Origin: an uncultured bacterium | GTDB taxonomy: Bacteria; Krumholzibacteriota; Krumholzibacteriia; JACNKJ01 | Length of the DNA stretch: 64,000 nt | Reading direction: 5' to 3' | Assembly: GCA_963695095.1 (NCBI GenBank) | Contig: CAVOFT010000001.1 | Span: 1,888,001 to 1,952,000, forward strand | Part shown: positions 39,401-49,766 of the stretch, in pieces | Numbering within the stretch: the first letter of the stretch is position 1 | Layout: each line of letters begins with the position of its first letter | Made by a program: the position numbers and the translations under genes | Notes under the pieces: generated by a model | What the model saw: the letters and a program-made list of their open reading frames with translations, nothing else | Told to the model about the DNA's origin: nothing | Database searches by the model: none

Positions 39401-40402
39401 ATGGATTCCGAGTTGAAGCGGACGGTGGAGGCCTTGCTCTTCGCCGCTCCGGAGCCGCTTTCCTTGAGCCGCCTGCAGACGATTCTCCCCGCCGCCGAGC
39501 GGCGCGAGGTGCAGGCGGCCCTGGCCAGCCTGGCCGAGGACTATGACACGGGCGGCCACGCCTTCCAGCTCGCCGAGCTGGGCGGCGGCTGGCGCATCGT
39601 GACCCGCCCGCATCACGCCGAGCGCATCGAGGAGCTGCTGCGCGGACAGCGCCGGGTGCGCCTGAGCCGCGCCTCGCTGGAGACCCTGGCCGTCGTCGCC
39701 TATCGGCAGCCCTGCACCCGGATCGACGTCGAGGCCGTGCGGGGCGTCAACTGCGGCGCTTCGCTGGCCACCCTGGTGGAGCGCGGCCTGATCCGCAACC
39801 ATGGCCGCGCGGAGACCCTGGGTCGGCCTCTCCTGTACGGCAGCACGCCCGAGTTCCTCGCCTTCCTGGGCATCAACAGCCTGGACGAACTGCCCCGCCT
39901 GGCCGAGATCGAGGCCTTGCTCAGGCCGCGCCCGGCCGACGGCGAGGAGGACGAGGAGAGCCCGGTGCCCCTGGGTGAACGGCGAGAGCGCCTGCTCGAG
40001 GGCATGGACGCCCTCACCACCCTGATCGCGGAGAGCGACATGGCGGGCGCGGGAGCGGCGCCCGCGGAGGAAGGCGCCAGCGCCGCCGACTGGGCGCTCG
40101 CGCTTGCCGGCGCGAGCGAGGAAGCGGGCGATGGCGCTGAAGCCGAGGCGCACGCCGCGGCCCTCGCGGCCGCGCTCAGCGAGGAGCGGGAGCTGCTCGC
40201 CGAGGCTGGGGATGCGCTGTTGGAGCTCGAGGCGGCGGAGAGCGCGCCGGCCGCAGACGATGCCGCCGCCGCCCGCGCGCCGGCGCTGGCGCGGATCGCC
40301 CGCGCCTTGAGCGAAGGCCCGGCGGGGGAGGCCGCCGCAGCCCCGGACGAGGAGCCGGGCGAGGCTGCGGCCTGCGCGGCAACAGCGAGCGGGGAGGACT
40401 AG
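39401..40402 (+). CDS. scpB: Segregation and condensation protein B with long acidic tail
   Basis: EALLF, LSRASLETLAVVAYRQP.TR..VE.VRGV, GRPLLYG.T..FL, L.ELP. Confidence 0.95.
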   Translation: MDSELKRTVEALLFAAPEPLSLSRLQTILPAAERREVQAALASLAEDYDTGGHAFQLAELGGGWRIVTRPHHAERIEELLRGQRRVRLSRASLETLAVVAYRQPCTRIDVEAVRGVNCGASLATLVERGLIRNHGRAETLGRPLLYGSTPEFLAFLGINSLDELPRLAEIEALLRPRPADGEEDEESPVPLGERRERLLEGMDALTTLIAESDMAGAGAAPAEEGASAADWALALAGASEEAGDGAEAEAHAAALAAALSEERELLAEAGDALLELEAAESAPAADDAAAARAPALARIARALSEGPAGEAAAAPDEEPGEAAACAATASGED

Positions 40403-40406
40403 GGCC

Positions 40407-41120
40407 ATTCGACTCAACCGCTTTCTGGCTCTGGCGGGGGTGGCCAGCCGGCGGCGCTGCGACGAGATCATCCGCGCCGGGCGTGTCACGGTGGGCGGCA
40501 AAGCGGTCGCGGATCCCGCCATGGACGTCGAGCCCGAGCGGGCGCGCATTGCCCTCGACGGCCGGCTTCTGGCCCTGGTCAAGCCGCAGACCTGGCTGCT
40601 GAACAAGCCGCGCGGGATCCTCTCGGCCGCCAGCGACGCCAGGGGCGGCACCACGGTGGCGGATCTCGCCCGGGGCGCCGGCATCGAAGGCCGGCTCTAC
40701 CCGATCGGGCGCCTGGACAAGGACAGCCGCGGGCTCATCCTGCTCAGCAACGAGGGCGACCTGGCGCTGCGCCTCAGCCACCCGCGCTATGGCATCGAGA
40801 AGACCTACCGGGTGCGCATCAACCTGCCGATCACGGCCACCCAGATGCGGCGCTTCGCCGGCGGTCTCCAGCTGGACGACGGACCGACGCGCCCCTGCCG
40901 CATCCGCCCGCTGCCCGGCCGCGCCACCTACGAGGTGGTGCTGGGCGAGGGCCGCAAGCGCCAGCTCCGGCGCATGTTCGAGTGCCTGGGGCGCCGGGTC
41001 GTCGACCTCGCCCGCGTACGCCTGGGCCCGCTGAGCCTCGGCGGCCTGCCCGAGGGGGCGCTGCGCCCGCTCAGCGGCGCCGAGCTGGAGCGGTTGAAAC
41101 GCGCGGTCGGCCTGCGCTAG
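40407..41120 (+). CDS. rluB: 23S rRNA pseudouridine synthase (RluB/RsuA family)
   Basis: IRLNRFLALAGVASRR, NKPRG, IGRLDKDSRGL, HPRY..EKTY, EGRKRQLRRM; conserved N-terminus begins upstream of the GTG at 40440. Confidence 0.9.
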   Translation: MRLNRFLALAGVASRRRCDEIIRAGRVTVGGKAVADPAMDVEPERARIALDGRLLALVKPQTWLLNKPRGILSAASDARGGTTVADLARGAGIEGRLYPIGRLDKDSRGLILLSNEGDLALRLSHPRYGIEKTYRVRINLPITATQMRRFAGGLQLDDGPTRPCRIRPLPGRATYEVVLGEGRKRQLRRMFECLGRRVVDLARVRLGPLSLGGLPEGALRPLSGAELERLKRAVGLR

Positions 41121-41153
41121 AGTGGCGGCGCCGCCGCGCGGCCGGGAGGGGCA

Positions 41154-42269
41154 ATGGATTTCGAGAAGCTGGCGAGGGAGGAGATCCTCCAGGTGAAGCC
41201 CTATGTGCCGGGCAAGCCAATGGAGGAGCTGCAGCGCGAGCGTGGCCTGCAGAGCATCATCAAGCTCGCCTCGAACGAGAATCCGCATCCGCCCAGCGCG
41301 GCCGTGCTGGCCGTGCTCGCCCAGGCCGCCGGCGAGCTCAATCGCTATCCCGACGACAGCGCCTATCACCTGCATCGGGCCATCGCCGTCCACCTGGATG
41401 TGAGCGAGCGGCGCATCTTCATCGGCAACGGCTCGGTGGAGATCCTCTACCTGCTCGCCCAGCTCTTCGTGCGGCCGGGCGAGAATCTGGTCTACGCCAC
41501 GCCCTCCTTCGTGGTCTACGACATCGTCGCCCGCCTGTCGCCGGGCGAGGGGCGACCGGTGCCCTGCGACGCCGAGTTCTGCCACGACCTCGACGCGATG
41601 CTGGCGCGCGTCGACGGGCGCACGAAGCTGGTCTTCGTCTGCAATCCCAACAATCCGACGGGGACCTACACCGACGCCCAGGCCTTGCGCCGCTTCCTCG
41701 ATGCCCTGCCCGCCGAGGTGCTGGTGGTGGTCGACGAGGCCTACTACGAGTACGTGGAGGCGGCGGACTACCCGCAGACGCTGGCCTGGCTGGACCGCTA
41801 CCCGAACCTGATCGTGCTGCGCACCTTCAGCAAGATCCACTCGCTGGCGGGCCTGCGCGTGGGCTATGCGGTGTCGCATCCGGACTTGTTGCCTCTGCTC
41901 GAGCGGGGCCGGCCGCCCTTCAACGTGAACTCGCTGTCCCAGGCGGCGGCCCTGGCTGCGCTCGGCGAGACGGAGCGCGTGAGCCGCATCAAGGCCGAGA
42001 ACAGCCGCGGGCGGGAACTCCTCAGCCGCGAACTGGCGGCGCTCGGCTGTCGGGTCCTGCCCAGCGAGACCAACTTCGTCATGGCCTTCCTGCCCGTGGA
42101 GGCCGGCCTCGCCTACGAGCGCCTGCTCGAGCAGGGCGTGATCGTCCGCCCGATGGGCAGCTTCGGCACCGCCATGAACGCCGTGCGCATCAGCGTCGGC
42201 CTGGAGGAGGAAAACCATCGCCTCCTGCGAGCGATGACCGACCTGCTCCAGCGCCACGCGCGCTCCTGA
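41154..42269 (+). CDS. hisC: Histidinol-phosphate aminotransferase
   Basis: YVPGK, KLASNEN, NRYPD, CNPNNPTG, DEAY, RTFSK..SLAGLRVGY. Confidence 0.95.
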   Translation: MDFEKLAREEILQVKPYVPGKPMEELQRERGLQSIIKLASNENPHPPSAAVLAVLAQAAGELNRYPDDSAYHLHRAIAVHLDVSERRIFIGNGSVEILYLLAQLFVRPGENLVYATPSFVVYDIVARLSPGEGRPVPCDAEFCHDLDAMLARVDGRTKLVFVCNPNNPTGTYTDAQALRRFLDALPAEVLVVVDEAYYEYVEAADYPQTLAWLDRYPNLIVLRTFSKIHSLAGLRVGYAVSHPDLLPLLERGRPPFNVNSLSQAAALAALGETERVSRIKAENSRGRELLSRELAALGCRVLPSETNFVMAFLPVEAGLAYERLLEQGVIVRPMGSFGTAMNAVRISVGLEEENHRLLRAMTDLLQRHARS

Positions 42270-42282
42270 AGACGGGGGGCGC

Positions 42283-43605
42283 GTGAGCTACCGGATCCGT
42301 CCCGCCAAGAAGTTCCGCGGCCGCTGGCAGGCCGCGGGCGACAAGTCGATCACCCACCGGGCCTTTCTCTTCAATGCGCTCGCGGAGGGCGAGGCGATCA
42401 TCCGCGATGCCAACGGCGGCGCGGATTGCGCCCGCAGCCGCGCCCTGGTGGCCGCCCTCGGCGCCCAGGTGGAGCCCATCGGCGAGGGCAAGCGGGCCTG
42501 GCGCATCGTCGGCAGGGGTGGCCGCTTCCGGGTGCCGACGGGGGTCATCGACGCCGGCAACTCGGGGACCACCTTGCGCCTGGCCTGCGGCCTGCTCGCC
42601 GCCCAGCCCTTCTCGGTCACCCTCGACGGCGATGCCTCCCTGCGCCGCCGTCCGATGGCGCGCATCCAGGCGCCGCTGGCGGCCCTCGGCGCCTCGCTGA
42701 GCTTGAGCGCCGAGGGAACGGCCCCCGTGACCCTCACGGGCGGGCCCCTGCGCGGATGTGCCTATGCGAGCCCGGTGGCCAGCGCTCAGGTCAAGAGCGC
42801 TTTCCTCCTGGCCGCTGTGCAGGCGGAAGGCGAATCGCGTTTCACCGAGCCACTGGCCAGTCGCGACCACACGGAGCGCCTGCTCGCGCGCATGGGGGCC
42901 GCCATCGCGCGCGACGGCGACGGCGCCCTCCGCCTCAGCGGTCCGCAGGCGCTGCGCGCGGTGAGCCTGCAAGTGCCGGGGGACCTCTCGGCGGCCGCCT
43001 TCCTGATCGCCGCCGCGCTGCTCGTCGAAGGCGGCAGCCTGCTGATCAAGAACCTGGGCGTCAATCCCACGCGCACGGGCTTTCTGGACGTCGTCGCCCG
43101 CATGGGCGGCCGGTTCGCGCTCTACCACCCGCGCGAGGAGGGCGGGGAGCCGGTGGCCGATTTGCTCGTCCAGTACTCGCCCCTGCGCGCCGTGGAGATC
43201 CAGGCCGAGGAACTGCCGCGCCTCGTCGACGAGATCCCCATCCTCGCCGTGCTCGCCGCACGGGCGGCAGGAGAGAGCCGCTTCCACGGTCTCGCCGAGC
43301 TGCGCGTCAAGGAGAGCGACCGCCTCGCGGCGACCGCGGCGCTGCTGGCGGCCTTCGGCGCCGGCACCCGGGTGGAGGGCGAGGAACTGCACATCGACGG
43401 CGGCGCCGTGCTGCGCGGCAGCGAGTTCGACTCCGGCGGGGATCACCGGCTGGCCATGGCCGCCAGCGTGCTGGCCCTCGTCAGCCGCGGCGAGAGCCAC
43501 ATCACGGACACGTCCTGCGTGGCGACCAGCTTTCCCGAGTTCCCCGGCCTCCTGCGCCGCTTCGCCGATGGCGCCCTCGCGCAGGACGGCGAACCCGCAT
43601 GTTGA
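42283..43605 (+). CDS. aroA: EPSP synthase (class II)
   Basis: GDKSITHR, GNSGTT.RL, GDASL.RRPM, SAQVKSA, RDHTER, ELRVKESDR, DHRLAM. Confidence 0.97.
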   Translation: MSYRIRPAKKFRGRWQAAGDKSITHRAFLFNALAEGEAIIRDANGGADCARSRALVAALGAQVEPIGEGKRAWRIVGRGGRFRVPTGVIDAGNSGTTLRLACGLLAAQPFSVTLDGDASLRRRPMARIQAPLAALGASLSLSAEGTAPVTLTGGPLRGCAYASPVASAQVKSAFLLAAVQAEGESRFTEPLASRDHTERLLARMGAAIARDGDGALRLSGPQALRAVSLQVPGDLSAAAFLIAAALLVEGGSLLIKNLGVNPTRTGFLDVVARMGGRFALYHPREEGGEPVADLLVQYSPLRAVEIQAEELPRLVDEIPILAVLAARAAGESRFHGLAELRVKESDRLAATAALLAAFGAGTRVEGEELHIDGGAVLRGSEFDSGGDHRLAMAASVLALVSRGESHITDTSCVATSFPEFPGLLRRFADGALAQDGEPAC

Positions 43606-44945
43606 TCACGATCGACGGCCCGGCCGCGAGCGGCAAGAGCACGCTGGCCCGCGCCGTCGCCGCCGCGCTGGGCCTCGACTACCTCGACAGCGGCGCCCTG
43701 TATCGGACCGCCACGCTGGCGGCCCTGCGCGCCGATCTCCCGCCGACGGCCGGACCCGGCCTGACGGCCTTCCTTGCCCAGCTCGCCCTCCGCTATCAGT
43801 ATCGCAAGGGCCGCGTGGCGCTCTTTCTCGGCAGCGAAGAGGTGAGCGAGGAGATCCGCGGCGCGGCCGTCACCGCGGCGGTCAGCGCCTTCAGCGCCCT
43901 GGCCGAGCTGCGCACGCATCTCGTGCAGGTCCAGCGCCGCTTCGCGGAGGGGCGCGACCTGATCGCCGAGGGCCGGGACATGGGCAGCGTGGTCTTCCCG
44001 GACGCCGAGCTGAAGGTCTTCCTGGAGGCCGATGCCCAGGTGCGCGCTCGCCGCCGCGCGGGCGATTTCCGGGAGCAGGGCCGGGCGGTGGGGCAGGCCC
44101 AGGTGGCCGCGGAGCTCGCCCGCCGCGATGAGCTGGACAGCGGTCGCGCCCACTCGCCGCTGGTGAAGCCGGAAGGGGCGGTGGTCCTGGACAACAGCCG
44201 GCTCAGCGTCGAGGCGCTCGTCGCCGAGGTGATGCGCCTGGCCGAGGAGCGCTGGCCGCCGCCGCGCATCGATCCGGAGTCCCTGCTGTTCACGGAGGAC
44301 ACGACGGCGCTGCCGGCGCCCCGGATGCGCCCGCACTATCGCTTCGCCTGGCTCAGCGTGCGCATCATCCTGCGGCTTCTGTTCGGACTGCGCTACGTCC
44401 ATGCCGAGCGGGCGCGCCTGCACGGGCCGCTGCTCGTGGCGAGCAATCACATCGGCTGGCTGGATCCCCCGGCGGTGGGCGGCGCGCTGCCAAGAGAACT
44501 CAGCTACGTTGCCAAGCGGGAGCTCTTCCGGCCGGCCCCCTTCGCCGCCCTGATCCGCTCCTACAACGCGGTGCCGATTCGCCGCGGCAGCTTCGACCGC
44601 GCCTGCTTCGACGTGCTGCGGCGCCGCGTGCAGGCGGGCGGCGCCGTGCTCTTCTTTCCCGAGGGCACGCGCAAGCCGGTCGGCCGCCTGGGCCGCGCCA
44701 AGTTCGGGCTGGGCCTGCTTGCCGAGGAGACCGGGGCGCCGGTGCTGCCGCTGTTCGTCAAGGGCAGCACCCGCCTGGGGGCCGCCTTCCTGCGCCGGAC
44801 CCGCGTGGAGGTCTGGGTGGGGCGACCGCTCTCGATGGCATCCCTGGCGGCCGGCGGCCTCAGCGGCCGGGCCCTGCTGGACGCCTTCGGCGAGGGCGTG
44901 ATGGCCGAAATCGCCCGCCTGCAGCGGGAGGCGGGCGGCGCCTGA
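43599..44945 (+). CDS. cmk: Cytidylate kinase fused to 1-acyl-sn-glycerol-3-phosphate acyltransferase (PlsC)
   Basis: ITIDGPAASGKST, DSGALYR, EGRDMG.VVFPDA, RD..DS.R; continues in frame into SNH..WLD, AKREL, FPEGTR. Confidence 0.88.
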   Translation: MLITIDGPAASGKSTLARAVAAALGLDYLDSGALYRTATLAALRADLPPTAGPGLTAFLAQLALRYQYRKGRVALFLGSEEVSEEIRGAAVTAAVSAFSALAELRTHLVQVQRRFAEGRDLIAEGRDMGSVVFPDAELKVFLEADAQVRARRRAGDFREQGRAVGQAQVAAELARRDELDSGRAHSPLVKPEGAVVLDNSRLSVEALVAEVMRLAEERWPPPRIDPESLLFTEDTTALPAPRMRPHYRFAWLSVRIILRLLFGLRYVHAERARLHGPLLVASNHIGWLDPPAVGGALPRELSYVAKRELFRPAPFAALIRSYNAVPIRRGSFDRACFDVLRRRVQAGGAVLFFPEGTRKPVGRLGRAKFGLGLLAEETGAPVLPLFVKGSTRLGAAFLRRTRVEVWVGRPLSMASLAAGGLSGRALLDAFGEGVMAEIARLQREAGGA

Positions 44946-44951
44946 GCCCCC

Positions 44952-44980
44952 TTGCATTCCGGGGCTTTTTGGCCTACTGT
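44952..44980 (+). promoter_or_regulatory. Putative sigma70 promoter for rpsA
   Basis: TTGCAT-17 nt-TACTGT. Confidence 0.6.
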
Positions 44981-45041
44981 CAACGGGTTGCCCGGCTTCT
45001 GCCGGGCAGCGCGAACATCACCCTCAGGAGGAAACGCGTCC

Positions 45042-46975
45042 ATGGACTCAACGCACTCGACCCCGACGGGCCCTGGCGAGCACCAGGCGAGCTCCGAATC
45101 CACCCGGAAGGGGGGTGAGAGCGACATCGCGTCCGCCGGCACGGCGACGCGCAAGGATCGGCAATTGAACCAGCGCCTGGGTCTGGAGGTCGAGGAGCTG
45201 GCCAGCGGCCGCACCGACATCCACCACGAAGTGAGCTTCGAGGATCAGATGCTGCAGTACGAGGCGACCCTCAAGGAGATCAAGGAAGGCGAGATCGTCC
45301 GCGGGAGCATCCTGCAGATCGGCGAGAACGAAGTGCAGATCAACGTGGGCTTCAAGAGCGAGGGCTATATCCCGCGCTCGGAATTCGGAAGCCAGGCGAT
45401 CGCGGTCGGCGACGAGGTGGACGTCTTCCTCGAGAGCCTGGAGGACCAGGACGGCCTGGTCGTCCTCTCCAAGGAGAAGGCCGACTTCCTCAAGGTCTGG
45501 GACACGATCAAGGAGGCCTACGACACCGGCAACATCATGGAGGGCGTCGTCGATCGCCGCATCAAGGGCGGGCTCGTCGTGCGCTTCCTCGGCGTCGACG
45601 CCTTCCTGCCCGGCAGCCAGGTCGCGCTGCGCCAGGTTCCCAACCTGGAGGCGCTCATCGGCCAGACCTTCGCCTTCAAGATCATCAAGCTCAACAAGCG
45701 GCGGCGCAACATCGTGGTCAGCCGGCGCACGGTGCTCGAGGAGGAGCGCAACGGCTCAAGGCCCAGATCATCCAGGAGCTGGCCAAGGGCCAGGTGCGCC
45801 GCGGCACGGTCAAGAACATCACCGACTTCGGCGCCTTCGTGGACCTGGGCGGCATCGACGGCCTGCTGCACCTCACCGACATGAGCTGGGGCCGCATCAG
45901 CCATCCGAGCGAGCTGGTGGCGATCGGCGACGAGATCGAGGTCAAGGTGCTCGACATCGACCTCGAGCGCGAGCGCATCAGCCTCGGCCTCAAGCAGCTC
46001 ACGCCCTACCCCTGGGACAACGTCGAGGCGAAGTTCGCCGTCGAGTCGGTGGTCAAGGGCAAGGTGGTCTCCATCACCGACTACGGCGCCTTCGTCGAGC
46101 TGGAGAAGGGCGTCGAGGGCCTGATCCACATCAGCGAGATGTCCTGGACCCGCCACGTCAAGCACCCGAGCAAGGTCGTCAGCATCGGGCAGGAACTGGA
46201 AGCCAAGGTGCTCACCGTGGATCGGGAGAATGAGAAGATCAGCCTCGGCCTCAAGCAGACCGAGCCGGATCCCTGGGACACCCTGGACGACAAGTACCCG
46301 ATCGGCTCGATCGTGGCGGGCAAGGTGCGCAACCTCACCAACTTCGGCGCCTTCGTCGAGCTGGAGGAGGGCATCGACGGCCTGGTGCACATCAGCGACA
46401 TGAGCTGGACGCGGCGCATCCGTCACCCGCGCGAGTTGCTGGCCAAGGGTGACGACGTCGAAGTCGTGATCCTGGCCATCGACAAGGACATCCGGCGCAT
46501 CAGCCTGGGCGTCAAGCAGCTCACCCCGGATCCCTGGCTCGAGTTGAGCACGAAGTACGGGGAGGGCACCTTTGTCGAGGCCAAGGTCGTCAGGCCTCTG
46601 GAGCGCGGCGTGGTGGTCGAGGTCGAAGATGGCGTCGAGGGCTTCATTCCCGTCAGCCATCTCGGCGATCGCAACATCAAGCAGCCGGAACTCCATTTCG
46701 CGGAGGAGGACATGATTCCGGCCAAGGTGATCAAGGTGGATCACGAAGGCCGGCGCATCGTCCTCTCGGTGGGCGACCGCCTGCGCGAAGAGGGCGCCGA
46801 GGCGCACCAGGAGTACATGGACAAGTACGGCAAGCCACGCTTCACGCCCCGGGAGAAGAAGCCGGACGAGGAGGGGCTGGATCTGGACGACGGCGACCTC
46901 GGTGCCGGCGCGGAGGACGTGCCGGAGATCGCGGAGCTGCCAGATCAGCCGGAGCCGCCGGAGGCCGAGGTCTAG
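45042..46975 (+). CDS. rpsA: 30S ribosomal protein S1, apparent 1-nt deletion near 45750
   Basis: AGGAGG SD; KSEG.IP, FLPGSQ, NIVVSRR, then in the shifted frame VKNITDFGAFVDLGGIDGLLH and further S1 repeats. Confidence 0.95.
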
Positions 46976-47083
46976 AGCGGCGGCGCTCGCCCGCTGCGGG
47001 CGCCAGTGGAGACCCATGGGCGAGGGGAGGTCGGGACTGCCAGGCCTCCCCTTCGCCTATCCACCCCAGCGCAGGAGTCGTCC

Positions 47084-48400
47084 TTGCCCAAGGTGCTCGC
47101 TCGTGCCGGCCGCGTGGCCCTCTTCACCCAGGGCTGCAAGGTGAATCAGTACGATACCCAGGTGCTGCTGGAGGGCTTCCTCGCCCGCGGCTGGGAACTC
47201 GTGGCCTTCGGCGAAGCGGCCGAGCTCACGGTGATCAATTCCTGCACCGTCACGGCGGGGGCCGACAGCGACCTGCGCCGGCTCGTCGCGCGCGCGCGGC
47301 GGGCCAGCGGCGGGGGGCGGGTGCTCGTCACGGGTTGCCGGGCCGAAGTGGACCCCGCGGGCAGTGCGGAGCTCGCCGGCGTCGATCTCGTCGTCGGCAA
47401 TCGGAGCAAGGGCGCGCTCTTCGGGGTGTTGGCCGGCGAGGCGGGGCCGAGCGCCTTTCCCGACCGCGTGTCGGAAGACCCGATCACGCGCTTCGACGGC
47501 CGCGGCCGCGCCATCTTGAAGATCCAGGACGGCTGCAATCTGCGCTGCAGCTTCTGCATCGTGCCCATGGCCCGCGGCGCCAGCCGCAGCCGGAGCACGG
47601 CCGAGACGATCGCCCGCGCCCGTCTGCTCGCCGAGCACGGCTATCGCGAAATCGTGCTCTCGGGCATCCAGCTCGGCTTCTATCGCGATCCCGATGGCGA
47701 GGCCGCCGACCTGGCAACGCTCCTCGAACGCCTGCTGGCAGCCACGGCCGGCGTGCGCTATCGGCTCGGTTCCCTCCTGCCGCGGCACCTGAGTCCCGCA
47801 TTGCGCGCCTTGCTGCGCGCGGAGCCCGAGCGGCTCTGTCCGCATCTGCACATTTCCCTGCAGAGCGGCGACGACGGGGTGCTGCGCGCCATGAAGCGCC
47901 CTTACCGGGCCGCCGACTACCGCGAGCTGCTGCACGGACTCACGGCAGAGCTGCCGGATCCCTGCCTGGGCACGGACCTCATCGTCGGCCACCCCGGCGA
48001 GGACGGCTCCGCCTTCGCGCGCTGCCTGGACTTCGTGGCCGAGCTGCCGCTCAGCTACGGCCACGTGTTTCCCTACTCGCCGCGGCCGGGCACGCGGTCG
48101 GCGAGCCTGGGCGGCGGCGCCGCGCCGGCGGAGAAGGCGGCGCGCAGTCGCGCGCTGCGCGCCGTGCTGGCGGCAAAGGGCGAGGCCTACCGCGCCCGTC
48201 AGCTGGGCCGGCGCCTGGCGGTGATCGCCGAGCAGGCCGCGGCGCCCGATCTCTGGCAAGGAACCAGCGAGAACTACCAGCGGGTGCTGGTCAGCGGAGC
48301 CGGCGCCGCGGCGGGAGCCCTGCTCACGGTGCGGGTGACGGGGCAGCAGGGTTCGGCGCTTGCCGCGCAGCGGCTGGCCGGCGCGGGGGCCGGGCGATGA
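47084..48400 (+). CDS. mtaB: tRNA t6A methylthiotransferase
   Basis: GCKVNQYD, INSCTVT, KIQDGCNLRCSFC, HISLQSG, HVFPYSPRPGT; TTG after AGGAG (start uncertain). Confidence 0.88.
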   Translation: MPKVLARAGRVALFTQGCKVNQYDTQVLLEGFLARGWELVAFGEAAELTVINSCTVTAGADSDLRRLVARARRASGGGRVLVTGCRAEVDPAGSAELAGVDLVVGNRSKGALFGVLAGEAGPSAFPDRVSEDPITRFDGRGRAILKIQDGCNLRCSFCIVPMARGASRSRSTAETIARARLLAEHGYREIVLSGIQLGFYRDPDGEAADLATLLERLLAATAGVRYRLGSLLPRHLSPALRALLRAEPERLCPHLHISLQSGDDGVLRAMKRPYRAADYRELLHGLTAELPDPCLGTDLIVGHPGEDGSAFARCLDFVAELPLSYGHVFPYSPRPGTRSASLGGGAAPAEKAARSRALRAVLAAKGEAYRARQLGRRLAVIAEQAAAPDLWQGTSENYQRVLVSGAGAAAGALLTVRVTGQQGSALAAQRLAGAGAGR

Positions 48401-49764
48401 GCGGCAAGGCCGGCGGCAAGCACCGCTTCTACATCGAAACCTACGGTTGCCAGATGAACGCCTACGACTCGCAGGTGATCGAGGGCGTGCTCGAGGCCGC
48501 CGGCCACGCCAAGGTCGAGCGGCCTGAGGACTCGGACCTGATCCTGCTCAACACCTGCTCGGTGCGGGAACAGGCGGAGCAGCGGGTGCTCGGGCGCATC
48601 GGTCAACTCGCCGGCCTCAGGCGGGGGCGCGCGGAGCGGCTCTACCTCGGCGTCGTCGGCTGCATGGCCCAGCGCCTGGGCCCGGCCCTCTTCGGCGCCG
48701 ATGCCCGCCGCAGTCGCGTGGACTTCGTGGTCGGTCCCCAGCAGTACAAGCAGCTGCCGCGCATCCTGGCCCAGGTGGCGGCGACGGCGGCGCCGAGCGC
48801 GGACAACTACTTCACGGACTTCGACCAGCTCGTCACCTACCAGGCCAAGCCCAAGAGCGCGCCGCCCGGCGGCACCCACTTCGTGGCGGTCATGCACGGC
48901 TGCGACAAGTTCTGCTCCTACTGTATCGTGCCGTTCACGCGCGGCCGCGAGCGGAGCAAGGCCTGGCCGGAAATCGTCGAGGAAGTCGAACTGCTGGCGG
49001 CCCAGGGCGCCTTCGAGGTCACCCTGCTCGGGCAGACGATCTCGAGCTACAGCGATGGGGGGCTGGACTTCGCGGGCCTGCTCGCCAAGGTGCATGCAGT
49101 GCCCGGCCTCGAGAGCATCCGCTTCCTGACCAGCTACCCCACCGATATGACCCCCGCGCTCTTCGCGCGCATCGGCGAGCTGCCCAAGGTGGGGACCGGA
49201 ATCCATCTGCCCTTCCAGTCGGGGAGCAATCGCCTGCTGACGGCGATGAATCGCCGCTACCGCATCGAGGAGTACGAGGCCATCCTGGCCGCCGGGCGCC
49301 GGGCGGTGCCGGATCTCCTCTTCTCGACCGACGTCATCGTCGGCTATCCGGGCGAAACGGAGGCCGACTTCGCCGCTACCCTGGCCGTCGTGGAGCGCCA
49401 GCGCTTCAGCGCCGCCTTCATGTTCAAGTATTCCCCGCGCGAGGGCACGCTGGCCTGGCGGCGCGAGAGCGAGGAACTGCCCGCCGCGGTGAAGGAGGAA
49501 CGGCTCGCCCGTCTGATGGCCCTGCAGGACGCGCAGACGCAGGCGGTGCTCGCCGAGCAGCTCGGGCGGGAGCTGGAGATACTGCTTGATGAACCCAGCA
49601 AAAAGGACGAAACTCGGCTTCGCGGACGCACGCGCAACAATTTGCGCGTGATCGTCGACGGCCACCCCGACCTGCGCATCGGGATGAAGCTGAAGGTGCG
49701 ACCGCACGCCATTGCGGGCACCAGCCTGCTGGCGGTGCCCGTGGATGCTGCTCCGGGAGGCTGA
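48397..49764 (+). CDS. miaB: tRNA i6A37 methylthiotransferase
   Basis: TYGCQMNAYDS, NTCSVRE.AE, GCMAQ, GCDKFCSYCIVP.TRGRERS, TRAM domain. Confidence 0.95.
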   Translation: MSGKAGGKHRFYIETYGCQMNAYDSQVIEGVLEAAGHAKVERPEDSDLILLNTCSVREQAEQRVLGRIGQLAGLRRGRAERLYLGVVGCMAQRLGPALFGADARRSRVDFVVGPQQYKQLPRILAQVAATAAPSADNYFTDFDQLVTYQAKPKSAPPGGTHFVAVMHGCDKFCSYCIVPFTRGRERSKAWPEIVEEVELLAAQGAFEVTLLGQTISSYSDGGLDFAGLLAKVHAVPGLESIRFLTSYPTDMTPALFARIGELPKVGTGIHLPFQSGSNRLLTAMNRRYRIEEYEAILAAGRRAVPDLLFSTDVIVGYPGETEADFAATLAVVERQRFSAAFMFKYSPREGTLAWRRESEELPAAVKEERLARLMALQDAQTQAVLAEQLGRELEILLDEPSKKDETRLRGRTRNNLRVIVDGHPDLRIGMKLKVRPHAIAGTSLLAVPVDAAPGG

Positions 49765-49766
49765 GC

